A DNA stretch of 64,000 nt from Lytechinus pictus (GCF_037042905.1 NC_087250.1:22074001-22138000); one strand, 5' to 3'. Positions 25,800 to 40,285 are shown, counted from the first letter of the stretch. Notes: generated from the sequence alone by a model not told the origin. Translations and numbers: made by a program.

Positions 25800-27674
25800 C
25801 TGCATGGAAAGTATACACTGTTAAGACGCTGTTTAAAATACTGAACACTGTTTAAGCCCGTCACTCTAACGACTATTGTTTAATGTTTTGAATACGTTGT
25901 TTACAGACATTTTAAACAGTAGTTGAAATCTGAAACATCTTGTTAGCGTGACGGGCTTAAACCACAACGTGCTTAAAACTTGTACAGTAATACGTATAAA
26001 TGGAATTGTGTGTATATGTGATGCATCACACCGAAATGAGAGACAACGCCAGTATGAGTTATTTGTATTTATAGTATCACGTCTCTTGGAGTTCCATACA
26101 TGTCATATGTGTTGTGCACTTACGATGCTTTGTATTTTATGTTGAACGATGACTCGGTCACGATTAATCAAACTCATCCCAACCTATACTTGGATCGTCT
26201 GATGTTTCACCTTTTATGTTCTTGCGCAAGTTGGAATTCGTCAAATCCACTTTTATTAATGATCATTGTTTCCCGTTTCATTACCTTTAATATGATATAT
26301 AACTCGACCCGTAAAAATAAATACAAGTGGATATATAGGCCTTTGAATGCGAGAAGAATTGGGCTCTTGGAAATCAAAATCAAGAGAAAAACGCTTTTGA
26401 AGTTTGACTTCCGTTTTGATTTTGTCACCGCTATGCTAACCGAAATGCCCTAGCAACCGCTTGCCAAAAAGGTGAAACGATTGACCAATGAATCGCTATA
26501 CCTATTGCCTAATACACTGTAACAAAATATAATTTACTTTCGTATACTTATAATTAGATGACATACTTTTACAATTTTTTAAAGAGAAATTGCTTTTTTT
26601 GCTATCGATGAATTATTATCTTTTTAATAAATCATAAAGATAGTATATTGGATGATTTATTGAATCCATTTTTGTGGGTAGCTTCTGGTAATTTCGATCG
26701 ACCAAAAATACATAATATCGATTTCGCTATGCCTACATTCGGTGCAAAGTGGTAGATATGGGCCTATATACCCATGTGAATGCGATGACGTTCTTTATTG
26801 TTGTCATGTGTGAAAGGTTCCTTGCCAAATATGACCAACTATTTTTGACAATTATTATTTCAATGCAAGTGTGGATCTAGAATCATAGGCCTAAGAAAAT
26901 TACCTTTGTCCTCAAAATATAGCAAAAAAAAACCGTACCTGAAAAACAAAAACAAAATGTCATCGATCAGTTATACGGGGTGCGCAATCAATACATTTTA
27001 CATGTTGCTTTATAAGATTATGACAATGTACTGGGTGTGCCCACACTGTTAGAAAATTTATCCTTATAATAAAAAAAGTTCCTGCAGCAGAGTCTCGAGA
27101 ACACCTGTAATATTACCAGACTGTGTAATCTTACAGGAAATTGGTATTTGGTGTATGGAATCTTACAAATTTCCTTGAATAAAACACACTTTTCCCCTTT
27201 TTAAACAGACCTGTTCTGTTAAATTGCAGAAAAACTTGTTTTATGAATTTACAGAATGATTCTGTTATTGCTTTCTGCAAAATCTTCTCTTTTTTCTGTA
27301 ACATCACGGGGATTTTTAACAGTGCAGACCCCCCCCCCCACCCTCGATCCTCGCCTGACTATTTTCCAGTGACGGCTGAACAGGAAAGTACTTATCCTAA
27401 CAGAGCGCTAAGAGTAAGCCCAGTGACATCTTTTGGATTTTGAAGTCAAAACTATATTTCAATGTGTAAGTAATTCATTGTTGTAAGAAAAGGCATCGCT
27501 GCAACATATCGGTTATAACATGTTCTCCCTTAGCGCATTGTTAACACTATAAACGTTGGACGGTCGATGTATAAACTCTCTTTCCCAAAGCTAACATAGA
27601 GGGCCTCGTGACACTCAATCTCTAACTCAGTGCCAATCCCCTCATAGCCAGTGTGGACTAGACTATATACTCAC

Positions 27675-27941
27675 CCTATCTCTGTCATCAGCATAACTAG
27701 AATCCTCAAAGCTTGTCCACACATTATAGATCTCCTGACTCTCAGCCATGCTGTGGATACTGACCAGATGCGCGTTGAGTACCCTACAGGCAACGTCTGC
27801 GTCGAACCAGGTCTTCTTCTCAGAGTTGTAGTAGTAGCACCAGTCATCCACCTTCAAGAATCGATCTGGACAGCACGTGGTAGTACCCTCGGACCGGTAC
27901 GCCATGGCGGCGAGGAAACATAAAGCCAGCAAAAATCGCAT
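27675..27941 (-). CDS. Secreted C-type lectin A (echinoidin-like), coding exon 1 of 2
   Basis: Signal peptide MRFLLALCFLAAMA..., CCP...CYYY...W..A...C....AHLVSIHS; donor GTGAGT phase 0; upstream acceptor at 27962-27963; candidate 5'UTR-exon donor at 29537-29542. Confidence 0.93.
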
Positions 27942-29820
27942 TTTGTAGACTAGTCTTGCCGCTGTAGGGGTGAAAGATAAAAAGAATGAACAGTCGTTAA
28001 TGCTACAGTAGAGATTTTTCGCTAATGCAAATACAAGGACGGATTCAGAAACACAGTAAATGTAATGAAGATGTCAGTCAATAGCAATGAACAGCCGGGA
28101 GGCCTTCTTTGTGGAAGATCATTGACGGACCAGCACAGCAGTGCTGCAAATACAAGGACGGATTCAGAAACACAGTAAATGTAATGAAGATGTCAGTCAA
28201 TGAACAGCCGGGAGGCCTTCTCTGTGGAAGATCATTCTGTGCGGACCAGCACAGCAGTGCCATCCTGAGTTTTGGAGTTCGGAGCTGACGGAAAATTGCA
28301 AATATGACGAATCTGCTGTTTTGATTCACCAAATTTCGACAAAGATTTCTTGGTTGTGTGAAGAGCAATTGGCGATACATTTTCTACACTCGTGAAGATG
28401 TCGTGCTTAATGGAATCGGAAACTCCCTAGGGACACCAACCTATTCCTTTGAAAATCGACCGATAATATTCGGAATAACGCGATAGCTTTGATTGGTATG
28501 GGGGCTCGTGGCAGGATGAGTTGCAACCAAACGAAATTTTGAAAAAACACAACCAATTAAAAACAGGTATTAAAGACTTTTTTGTAATTGAATCGAGTTG
28601 AGCAATGAAACGCTTGTCTTTCTGCACACGGTACCTTGGACTCTGCTGTTTAGATGTGACTGAATAATTATTAGGGAGTTTTCGCATTCAACAACAAAGC
28701 AAATGTATTGAAAATATCCGTCAAATCACAATGAACAGCTGGCTGATCTTTGTCGAAAATTGTTGAACAGCAATTTCGTCAAAAGTTTCGTAAATTGCAA
28801 TACGTCGTTTATCCAGAGTCCGGGACGAAACTGCTGTTTTGACACACCAATTTTCGACAAAGACTTCTTGGTTTTTCTTTCTCATGAATGACATTTGACA
28901 GAACATTGTGTATGTTCTTGAAAGCGTTTTGCTTAGCGGTGCAAATACTATCTATACATGTCAGTGTTGACGAGGTTGTCGATGTAAACAAAGTGGGAAT
29001 ATATTTGTAAAGCACATTTTCACTATTAAGTTTTTTAATTTTAGTCCGATTAATGTATTTAAACTGGACCTTGTCATTACCATGTCGCAAAATAATTCGA
29101 ACACAATATTGCGATAACTATATCGCATACTGTACTACAGCTATAGAATGCGTTTCTAGTCCGTCTTTCTAACGGCAATTGAAACTTTGAAGACCCCGAC
29201 AGGACGCAAAATTGAAATCGATAAAACATCATTAAATCATTTCAAACGCTCTCAAGCGTATAAGCAAATATTCTTAAGCATAATTATATGCCTACTAATC
29301 TGGGAAGTGGCGGATATGCACAAAGCTTCTATTGATAGTAGTTGTTAAGCTTTCGATTGGCTTATGATTTACCGATTTCACTTTTTGGTCGGGGTTTTGG
29401 TCTTTAAACCCAAGCCAAACAAGTCGTGAATATGTATATTTCCCAATAGCACCTTAATTGGCAACTGAATGAAAAAAAAAAATACTATGATTTGAACATT
29501 ATATGACATATCGTCCTCTTTAGAAGCTAATTTCCAACTTACCAATATCCCTTGATGAGCGATTGGAATATCTTGTCAGTCTGCGATTAATCTTTTGACG
29601 AGTATAAATTTCTGGGAGTCGGGAGTGGATTAGCGTCATGTCAGTTGATTCATGGGAATCATTTCTGTCATTTCAGGTGAATAAATATTATTCAAAATTC
29701 AAATGGACTTATCTGGAATGTAATCAAGCACTTTATGATATAGCAAATAATAATATGATAATTGAAGCAGTCTTATCTTGTGCGCGTTAGACTGGGGGGC
29801 AAACGCACTCTGGGACCCGT

Positions 29821-31002
29821 CTAAAGCCCCTTTCACAATTGACGTACGACCATTTGCGACCTTTTGGTCGTGCGACAGGCTGCAACAGGCATCAATCGCC
29901 AGTCATCTCATAATATCGCACAGAGGCTTTCACAGTTGCAACAGCTGTCGTACAACAAAAACAACCAGTGAAACCCGTTGCACGAGTAAGTCGCTTATGA
30001 TCCTATTGTGCTCGTGCGATCACATGCGAGTGTTGCACGAGGGATTGCGAGGGGAACGGTCGCACACAACGGTAGTGCAATGTTGTAAGCCGTTGCGATC
30101 GGTCTTGCAACAGTCTTATGGCCCATCATATTATTGCACCCAGTCGCAAGACAGGTCTCTGTACATGTAGGTCGCTAGCACATGTGCAAGTGTTGTACGA
30201 CCTCCAGTCGAGTAAATGCGACTACTTAGTTGTGCCACCTCTCGCACCAAGTCGTGCAACGTTGAACAACACTCCCATGATGATCGCCCGACCGATGGTA
30301 CGACCCCGGATACGAGCTGATGCGAGTGAATCGGTCGTATTTGATCGCATTCGGATTTTGAACATGTTCAAAGTTCAGATGTGACCAGTCACGACCACCT
30401 CGAGTTCGTGCGACCGTCTACAACGACTGCGAGTGCTCGCAAGTCACCAAGAGATCGATCGTGCAACAGCAGGAAAAAACTGTTGCAGGTGGTCGTAAAC
30501 TGGTCGGATGTCAATTGTGAAAGGGGCTGTACGGTCGCATACATGCGAATGCGACGGTAGTGGAATGTTGTAAGCCGTAATTTTGATCGGTCTTGCAACA
30601 GTCTTATATTATCGCAACCAGTCGCAAGACTGGTCTCTGTAGGTATCTAGCGCATGTGCAAGTGTTGTACGACCTCCAGTCGACTAAATGCGACTATACG
30701 TAGTTGTGTCACCTCTCGCGCCAAGTCGTACAACGTTGAACAACACTCACACGATGATCGCCCGACCGATGGTACGACCTGATGCGAGTAAATCAATCGT
30801 ATTTGATCGCGTTTGGATTTTGAACATGTTCAAATTCAGATGCGACCAGTCACGACCACCTCCGACCACCTCAAATTCGTGCGTTCGTCTACAACCACTG
30901 CGAGTGCTCGCAAGACACCAAGAGATCGATCGTGCAACAACAAGAAAAAACCGTTGCAGGCGGTCGTAAACAGGCCGTACGTCAATTGTGAAAGGGGCTT
31001 TA
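29821..31002. mobile_element. Non-autonomous TIR element (Harbinger-like) with duplicated right half
   Basis: AAAGCCCCTTTCACAATTGACGTACG / CGTACGTCAATTGTGAAAGGGGCTTT; ~475-bp block present twice with a second right TIR near 30527. Confidence 0.75.
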
Positions 31003-31336
31003 GACACTCTTATTATTACGAAATATTTTTATTGTTACGAAACCTAAATCATACTCTTTTATTATTACGTAACGTACGTCATTAATGGTCTATTACCCAA
31101 AAGCGCGCACTATACATTCATAACAGCATTTTGCGCACCTAGCAGTGGTTACCCTAGTCCCGCTGAGATCGCGCACGCTTTAATAAAAACAACTGTCATT
31201 CAAACTTGTCACAATTCACGAATCTTCCCTGAAGAAGGTAGATGTCTACCGAAAATTTGGAGAGTGAATAAAAGAACTTAATTGTTGGCACTTCAAAAAC
31301 TGCATTACTCGTGAATTTGTTTCGCATTTCTGATGT

Positions 31337-31337
<1 letters not shown>

Positions 31338-31402
<65 letters not shown>
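31338..31402. repeat. (TA)n microsatellite
   Basis: Directly visible. Confidence 0.98.
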
Positions 31403-31404
<2 letters not shown>

Positions 31405-33265
31405 TAAAATAGAAATAGTCTGCTTTAGTCAAGCATTCAGCTTAGAGACTAGAAATTGCCGTCAAAATGTCCCATACGACTCGAATGGAATCGCCCAATC
31501 GATCTGTCAGATAGCGTTGAATCCATCTAAGCCATGCTGTATCACACAATAAATTATATTTCTTGGCAAAATGTTGAAATATTTTAATTTACATATGTCA
31601 GAACACAGAGGGAATAACGTGACACTACTGCCTTCGCCATTGTCACTAGTTTGCCTATCCAATTAACATGAATGCCATTTCTTGGCAGACTTATGAAAAT
31701 TAAAAATCCCCAATACCATTTACTGAATGTATATCCGAATTTAATGCCAGTATTATATAATTTTTTGTTTCTAAACTTTATAAAATAATACGTCTTCGGT
31801 TCAGATTTTGTCTTCAAAGGTTTATTTCAGGATAATAAACAATAATTATCAGCACAGATATAGGTCTGTATAGATCTTCAAAGGAGTGTTTTGTATGTGT
31901 GCCATAATGGAATGGAATGAGACGACTGAGTCTACTTGCAAGGAATGGTTGGAAGAATGAAAAGATGAGAGAGGGGTTGAGAGAGAAAAAAATATAAAGA
32001 CTATAGGCATATGTAAAAGAATGAAGGGGTTGAGAGTGAGTGAGTAAGAGAGAGAGAGAAAGAGTGAGAGAGAGAGAGGGAGAGGGGGGGGGGAGAGAAG
32101 AGAAAAGTAATGGGCGACATGATATATTATTAAGTACAAACTTTGGGGCCCCCCTCAGATTTAAAAGATATCATACATAACACACAAATCTGGATATCAT
32201 GAGAAAATGTATTGATACTGAATTGGCTGTGACAGTTCTATTACATCACACAACCATCTTTCCAACTGGTTTTGACTGCACGTCTGTGGGCACCAGTCGG
32301 TTTTCATAACGTATGAAACTTTATGCCTACATTTATGCATAAAATATTGATTTATTTGAAGCAAATGTTGATTTTGACAACCTGATAGTATGTCAAAGGC
32401 TTGTATGACATTGCAACAAATAATATATGCACATTCGATTCTTGCAGAAGGTGTTTGAAGGTTTGAATTGTGGCATAAGCAGCGGGCATAAGCAATCTAT
32501 GCTGCAGTGGTTTATACAGTACACCACAATTGCGCGATGAGCCCAAACTTTTGAGAGGACAAGATCTGGCGCATCACGCGAAAAAAAAAATTGCGATAGA
32601 TTTTGACATAATGATATTTCACCCTTCTCTCATTCCTTTTTCAATTTTTTTTGTTGGGGGGGGGGGAGGAAGAGCCCCACATCTTTACGTCAGTGGTACA
32701 CCATTATGTAAAGTCCTGGAAAGGACTGAGATAAAAGTGGATCAAGGTAGAAGAGTAATGAAGATTTGAGAAAGTGCATGGAGGTTAGAAAGTAAAGTAT
32801 GAGTATAGTCTAAGAGAGGACTGTAATCCAGAAAGGATGGAAAGCTTGAGTAGTATAGGCAAGATGAGAGGCTTGAGTGGAAGACTGATTGACTCGTAGC
32901 AGTAAGAGAAGATTTAGAATATGGGCATGATGGGAGAATGCTGACTTGAGTTGGCCAGTGGAGTACGTTGTAGAGCAGGAGCAGGAGAGAAGACCCAACG
33001 TTTCAGGCAGGTTGACTGTCCGATTGACTGTCAGCAGATTGACATTATTGTTATGTCAGACAAGCCTCTGGCAAGCTTTCAGGTTATCAAAAATCATCTA
33101 TTGTTTTAAATATATTCAAGTTTTAAGCATATCTTTTGTACAGTTTACAGCGTTGCATAACATTTTGAGGAAAATCACTCAATAGACGGATAGAAGCCAT
33201 CCAGCCCTCTCCATTGGGACAAGGGATGCGAGCTAAATTTTACCTAATTTTTTCCGCCCTTCTGC

Positions 33266-33585
33266 TGTTTCATAAAGCTGTTCGTAAATTAGTAGTGACT
33301 TTAAGAACGACTGGTTTTCCTTTCTTGTGGTAAATGATATTCATTGGTGGTTATTAAGCTTGTAAGAAAAGATCACCTGTAGTTCTTAAAATCGCTTTAT
33401 GAAACATCCGCCAGGTGTGTGTTTCATAAAGCTGTTCGACTTTACTATTAACAACTGATGGTCTTTTCTTGTGGTAAATTATGTATACCAAAATTTCCAT
33501 TTGATGTTGATTTAGCGCTAAAGAAAGGATCACCAGTCGTCCGTAAGGTCGGTCATAACCCACAAACAGTTTTATGAAACACTTG
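33266..33585. mobile_element. Two head-to-tail palindromic MITEs (GTTTCATAAAG...TTTATGAAAC)
   Basis: Each ~150-165 bp with inverted ends; related sequence begins at 59215. Confidence 0.65.
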
Positions 33586-34412
33586 CCTGATATAAACGGT
33601 TGTTGCAACTATTATACTTCGAATGCCTGTATTGTGTGATGGAAACAGAACTTAGCTTCAATTCCATTTTTTCTAATTTGAGAAGAGTTTTAATCAAACT
33701 TTTCACGTTTCTGCAGAACCTGTTGTAGTCACAATCATTGAAATTGCCCCATAAGGGTCATGACAAGGACCCCGTCTTACAGAGAATTACAAGTGATCAT
33801 ATCAACCTCAATTATATGGAAATCCATCGATGTCATAATTTTTTCAACAGACATTTTGCACAATGTCATGTGTTAATAAAGAAAAGCATACCAAATTTTC
33901 GAGAAAATTATGAATGTCTGAATATAAATCATTTCTAGAAAATATTGAACAAACATGCGTTTTCTGATGTTGACGTTGCTGGTATTCCATGGTTGTGGTT
34001 CATCGGTTCAATTTCAACTCATTGTAAAGCTCCTTTCACCATTGGTTGTGCGACTGCTACATCCGTTGCGATTGTGTGCAACATATATTGCAGGGGCCGC
34101 GGAACGGTTTTCAAAGTGGGGGGAGGGGTGGGCTGACCATGCAAAAATCACAATCATATGGTCATTTATACTTTTTTACACAGTTTTGGAAAAAAATGGG
34201 GGGGGGGGGTGGGCTGAAGTCCCCCTAGCCCCCCCCCCCCCCCCCGCTTCCGTGGCCCCTGTATTGGAATAAAAATGATCGCAAACGATCGCACGAGCAA
34301 AATTGTGAAAGCCCCTTAACTGAGACCGCGCACGCTGCACATTGCACAGAGAGATCATAATAAACAAGATAGCTGAATTAAGGAAATTAAGGCAAAGAGG
34401 AGAAAGATATGA

Positions 34413-34626
34413 TTATCTATAGAATGTGAATGCGTTGAGCCAAGACAGATCTTTGTTGAGGCCACTTTCAAACGTGCGGCTTTTGACGATATGTCTCAGC
34501 TCAGCCCATTTCCGTTCCTCTGCCGATCTGTACCCTCCGCCGAAGATGCAGACTTTGATATCTTTGACAGAGTGATTAGGGAGGTTGAAGTGGTCGGCCA
34601 CTGGAAAGTCCTTTTTGTTTTTGGTG
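34413..34626 (-). mobile_element. Penelope-like retroelement fragment (C-terminal part of GIY-YIG endonuclease)
   Basis: PVADHFNLPNHS...E...I....T...GLN matches the typical Penelope C-terminal pattern. Confidence 0.8.
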
Positions 34627-35404
34627 ATCAGATGTAGAATGATAAAGGTTACGAAATATTTTGTGTTGTTGTGACATAACAGTGGTTTGCGAGACAATAT
34701 ATATATATATATATACATTGTCAATGATAAAGTAATGGTGGGTGAAAAACTGATAACCAACGCAAAATGTTTATTATGATTTTAATGAAAGGTGAAAATG
34801 CTGTGTGTCGTATACGGGACTCAGAAATGTTCCTTACGACACGCAACATTTTTGTAACCTCTTATCACCAATTGACATTTTTTATTTAATTGTTTGTTTA
34901 CTTATTTATTTATTTTATTTCCCGGCAAAGAAAAACAAGAATGTGTACAAGAGGAAGAAATTACCACCGACTAGTGCCTGAGGATGACTAAAATAAAAAA
35001 TGGTTTCTGCTTTCTTTGTTGATATTTTACATGACTACCCATTTAATATTATCAGTCCAAAACAAATTGAAGTCCATCGTTTATTCAGACAGCAGATTGA
35101 AAAAATGTTGTGAAATTTACAGATTTTTCAAGCAAGGAATCGTTCAATTAATAGTAGTAACATCTTTTCCAAATCGAGATCGTCCACGCGTTCTCGCAAA
35201 CCACTGTTATGTCACAACAACACAAAATATTTCGTAACCTTTATCATTCTACATCTGATTTAAGTGAAATTTTCTATGGCATGCAATTTTGAATTTTCTC
35301 AATATTTGCTCATCAACATTACCAATATCCCAATAATATGCGGTTATTTTGACCGCGTTGTTTCCTTGCAGTCATCCCGGAAGATCGCGTGAGGCAATTA
35401 GTTA

Positions 35405-35632
35405 CTAAGACGAAATCGGAAATCGGCAAAAGTAAGGCTTCTTTTCGCTGCAGTCGTAATCATTCCAGAACTGCCTTTCCGCGTTGGACCCGTGGTTCCG
35501 AGGAGCGACGCAGTCCTCATTGCCATTGTTGTTCGGTTCGCCCGACTGCCAGAGTAGGTAGTTAACCTCCGTCCCGTCACTCCATTGATAGTAACCTTCG
35601 TATTGCAAGTCGTGTAACCCTATCCAATAGGA
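35405..35632 (-). CDS. Secreted C-type lectin B (echinoidin-like), coding exon 2 of 2
   Basis: Acceptor ccccttctAG, phase 0; SYWIGLHDLQYEGYYQWSDG...EPNNNGNEDC...WNDYDC...YFCR then stop. Confidence 0.93.
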   Translation of the reverse strand, partial: SYWIGLHDLQYEGYYQWSDGTEVNYLLWQSGEPNNNGNEDCVAPRNHGSNAERQFWNDYDCSEKKPYFCRFPISS

Positions 35633-36862
35633 CTAGAAGGGGTGAGAAAGAGAGTGGTATTTGTAATTCGCATCATTTATTTATTGTTTTTTAAGGATGG
35701 ATAGAGCTTTTACGTTCTCTTTTGAGGCCACAGGAAACACTCTTTTTGTAGTTTCTGCATTTTATTCAACAATTAATAATCAATTAACATGTTCACATAA
35801 TAGCAAACATATAATGAATACATGTTTAATGTGATTAGATATAAATGAAATTGACTAAGACTGATCATTAGATTATACATAAGCATGTGATATAGTAAGT
35901 TCAGTAAAATACAGGGGCCAGCTATTAGACTTATAATCACAAAGATGATTGAAGCAATAGCAGCCAGGAGAGGGTGCTACATGGAAACCATCATTTTGAT
36001 AAAATAATGTCACAAAATTTAAAATATTGAAAATTAGAAGCTCGGTTAGGAAGAATATAAAATCATGTATGGTAAAAAAAAGTGCAAGGGCGTGCATATT
36101 GGTGAGTGCAGGTGAATGAAATTATTTATACTAATAGGAAACTTTTTCAACGAAGCTTTAAAAAAAAAAAGATGCAGACTGTTCAAAATGATGTGGCAAT
36201 GCATTCCCAATATCTGCCATGGTGGCGTGTCGTCTTATAAGCGAGCAAGATCTTAGAAGTACTGGAAAGCACTCCAAATAGTGCACATAAAGTTCTACAC
36301 TGTTTCTCTCTCTCTCTCTTCCTTGATCTTGTGCGTGTTGTACCTCGTCGTGTTGGTGTGGCCCCATTAATTGTTTTTTGTGTGATGGAATCATATTCCT
36401 GTAACTTCAAGGTCGTGTGTGTGGCAGCATACGATGAGCTCTATCCATTTCTTTTATATCGATGGTGAGTTTCATGAGACATGTTCATTATCATGAGAGG
36501 TTCTTCGTCGACCAATATTTGCTAGCACGGTCCACGAGTAAGAATTGGAGAAAAAAAATAACTAAACGATGAAATGCCATGCAAGCGCGGGGAAGATCAC
36601 CACTTATCACTTAAACTATGTGATCCAGAGAAACCAGTTAGACCGAAGATCTGGCTCTCAAATGATTTATAAGGCCAATTTAGAAATAAAACAGCCTGGT
36701 AGAATTAAACAGCGTGGTATATAGTCACAAAGTGGCCAACAACATTATAGTCGCCATTATATACTACTCGGAATGGGTGGTGACATTTAGAAAGGGATAC
36801 CCACAAAGTCGCCATCATCAGATATAAGGATTGAGTGGGAACCTTAAGAATGATATACTCAC

Positions 36863-37129
36863 AAAGTCACCATCATCTGCTTTACCCTCGTCAAGAAGAC
36901 TCTGCCACAGACCATAGATTTCGTTGCTCTCGTCAGCTCCGTGGATGCTTACGAGTTCAGCACCGAGAGCTTTACATGCCAAGTTCGCTTGATTCCAATC
37001 TTTCTTGGCGGAGTTGTAGTGGTAGCACCAGTCGCCTTTTCGCATGAAGAAATTCGGGCAGCATGACCCCTCGCATAATGGCACCAATATGGTAAGGAGA
37101 AGCAGGCTGGCGGTGAAGACTAAAGCCAT
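36863..37129 (-). CDS. Secreted C-type lectin B (echinoidin-like), coding exon 1 of 2
   Basis: Signal peptide MALVFTASLLLLTILVPLCEG, CCP...CYHY...W..A...C..LGAELVSIH; donor GTGAGT phase 0; upstream acceptor at 37137-37138. Confidence 0.93.
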
Positions 37130-37539
37130 CGTAAATCTTCAGTAAAAAAAAAAAAAAAACGAAAAGGAAAAAAACGAACAGTTAAGGATAAGAGAGGAAG
37201 AATAAGAAAAGATAACAAATTGTATTTGATTAGACTTAAAATATTTTGTAATCTAGCTTGCTCAAGATACTAAAACAAAATAAAACATTCAGAAGAATTC
37301 TGGCTTAGATTATGAATGAGTATAATGAACTTTGCTAAAATGTGAAAATGTATGACAAACTGTTTAGTTTTGACGTTTTGGAAATAAGGGTTTAGAGGTC
37401 AGGGTTGAGGGTTGTCATGGAACCTACCTTCTTGGAAATGTCTTTACACCAATTAAAAAACAAATATTTAAGAGTGGACGTTTCCATAGAACATCTTTAA
37501 ATTCATGGTGATACTATTATCATGGTATTATTATTAGAA

Positions 37540-37582
37540 GTAATAGTAGTGGTAGTAGTAGTTGCAGTAGTAGTAGTAGTAT

Positions 37583-37647
<65 letters not shown>

Positions 37648-37670
37648 ATAGTAGCAGTAGTAGTAGCAGC

Positions 37671-37713
<43 letters not shown>

Positions 37714-37774
37714 ATAATAGTAGCAGTAGTAGTAGTAGTAATAGTAGTAGTAGTAATAGTAGTAGTAGTAGTAT

Positions 37775-37806
<32 letters not shown>

Positions 37807-37840
37807 GTAGTAGTAGTAGTAGTAGACGTAGTAGTAGTAA
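37540..37840. repeat. (GTA)n microsatellite
   Basis: Directly visible; lies in the presumed first intron of lectin B. Confidence 0.98.
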
Positions 37841-39787
37841 TATTATTAATGGTAATGATAATAATGATAACAACATTAATGACAGTTAAAATAGCCGAAT
37901 GATTACCCCAATCGTCATTCTTATTATCAAAATCATTCCCATGACAGTATTTTCTCTAGAAATTTAAAAAATAGTGATTCGAGCTCACCTTTTAACGCTC
38001 TGATGAAGAGTAGTGCTAGTAGAAGAATGCAATTTCACAAGACAAATGAAAGAACAGTATTTTCTGATGTATCCATCACAATCAGCTTTTAAGAAAATGC
38101 TCTATTCTGCAGCTGAATCAACAAACACGCTGAAACCATTATCATTGATATGATTATTATTAATAAACGTATCAGCTTATTATCTGTTGATAACAAAACT
38201 CTGTTCTATCGGCAGTAAACTGCTTATTGCATGGTCTAAGCCAAACGCGTTTTTTATGGTTGCATCTCATAAGATTTAAGGTACTTCTTCTGCCATGTAT
38301 ACATATTTACTGCTCTGTTTTCTTCATTTGTCAAACCTTTCGGTCATACTAGCTTTGATCGTGTCAGGACACCCCCCCCCCCTAAAAAAAGACATAGGCA
38401 ACATTAACTGTATAAGTGAAAAGGTAAAACTTTTCTTCTTTTTATTATTATCATCATTAGCATTATCATTGTTATTGTTATTATTATCATTTCTATTATT
38501 AAGTATATATGTACATATCTATCTGGTTATTTTTTAAATATAGTTTAAAACGCAATATGTTCGATTGCCATAATGAAAGAAGTACAGGTATGTACATGGT
38601 ACATTTATGTGGTCTTTTTTTTTAGAAGAGAACCCTGTAATGAATACATTAAATGATATCCGCCGAGAGGGGGCGGTATTGAAAAATGACTGTCCTTGCT
38701 TGCTGATAAATTATGGCGCCCTCATGACACCATATCGCAGAATAGCCGTCCGACTTACTGAGCGCGTGAAAAAAATCACCGTTTTTTAATGTTTATTGTC
38801 TAAATTAACACAAATATGGAACGACCAACAGACCCGTGTATTTTGCTCTGCATCGTATTAAAGAAAATAAAATGCCGCATAATTCAGACAATGATTGATC
38901 GAAATGAACACTACATAGATTAATCCATAGCTAAGGGAGGTTTTTAAGATAGAACAAATGAATGTATCCTTCATGGTGAAATGTCAGGCAGATCATTGTG
39001 GAATGCGATTCGTTAGGGATAATCCCTGGGGTGTATGGTTAAATAAGCGTCATGGAATCCCTATGTAATGCTTCTATCATCTATAAACATAGTGTGATCA
39101 GGGGCCAGTGGCGTAACAGGCGGGGGGGCAGGGGGGGCAAGTTGCCCCCCCTGGCGGATTTCACCGGGAAAATAAAAGAAAAACGGGAAAAAGAAAAAAA
39201 GGAGGGAGAAAGAAAGGGAAAGGGGAAGGAAAGGGGAAGGAAAGGGGAAAAGGAAAGGAGGAAAGGGAAAAGAAAACGAAGAAAAAACTTTTTTTAATGG
39301 GAAAGGAAGGAAAGCGGGAAAATGTACGAAAGAAGAACATTTGAGAAAGAACAAATCATTGAGAAATAGGCCTATATAATGCAATAGCACGGTGGGAAAT
39401 AAATTTAAAGATGGCAAAATGGCAAACAATAGCGGGAAACGAAGGTAGAATGTAATTATTCAAAAGCTAAATTGGAAAACAAAGAAAAGGGACAAGAAAA
39501 AAAAACAATAACACAACCGGGCTGCCAATGATTGAAATTAAAGAGCGGGAAGAAAGATGGACTGCATACAACATTGTGCTATAAGCTTGCTATTAAATGT
39601 TATGCAAATTAGCTACCGGGGCTTTGCCCCAGACCCCACGCAGTAGGGGGCTCTTCATCTATAACCTTCAAATGGCTCTATAACGCCCCCGTTCAATCAC
39701 GTTCAATCACTGGCATACAGGAGGGGGGGGGGTCGTGGTTCCACACCCAAGAGGAAATGAAAAAAATTATAGGATACAACGTATAAT

Positions 39788-40285
39788 TCAGATTCAGATT
39801 CAGATTCATTTATTTCACACCTCTTTAAAATACAAAAATACATAAATACAAATAAAAATCTTATACGACAGAACAGATATTGACAAGTATAAAGTATAAG
39901 TAGTCATAAACAGATAGTAAAACACAGTAAATATAAACAATGATTTCCGCTGTACGGCGGATGTGGGGGAAAGACAGAAAGCCATTGGCCTATCGAGGTC
40001 TATCCCCCTGATTACCGTACAACAGGAAAAACAAAACAAACACAATGCAAGAAAGGGGATAACAGAGGAATTAAAATCCTAACTAACGGGGGAGAGGGGG
40101 GGGGTGGCAGGCAAAGGAGGGGACACAAGTGTTAATTACTTAATATTGTATAATATTGTATTGTAATAAGTCATTATGGCGTATATACACATAAATATAC
40201 TGATACAGATGTATATATAACATTTAGAATTTCACTTAATTATTCTATATTTTATGATAAATATGAATTAAAAGAAGAAAAAAAA

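Noticed and set aside
28024..28260. ~120-bp local tandem duplication in the lectin A first intron
   Set aside because: Part of a dispersed repeat also present near 52020-52320; not informative on its own.
32730..33000. Possible decayed L2 reverse transcriptase fragment on the minus strand
   Set aside because: Only a vague resemblance; no intact motif to support a call.
37520..37902. Poly-Leu and poly-Val ORFs
   Set aside because: Translation of a (GTA)n microsatellite.
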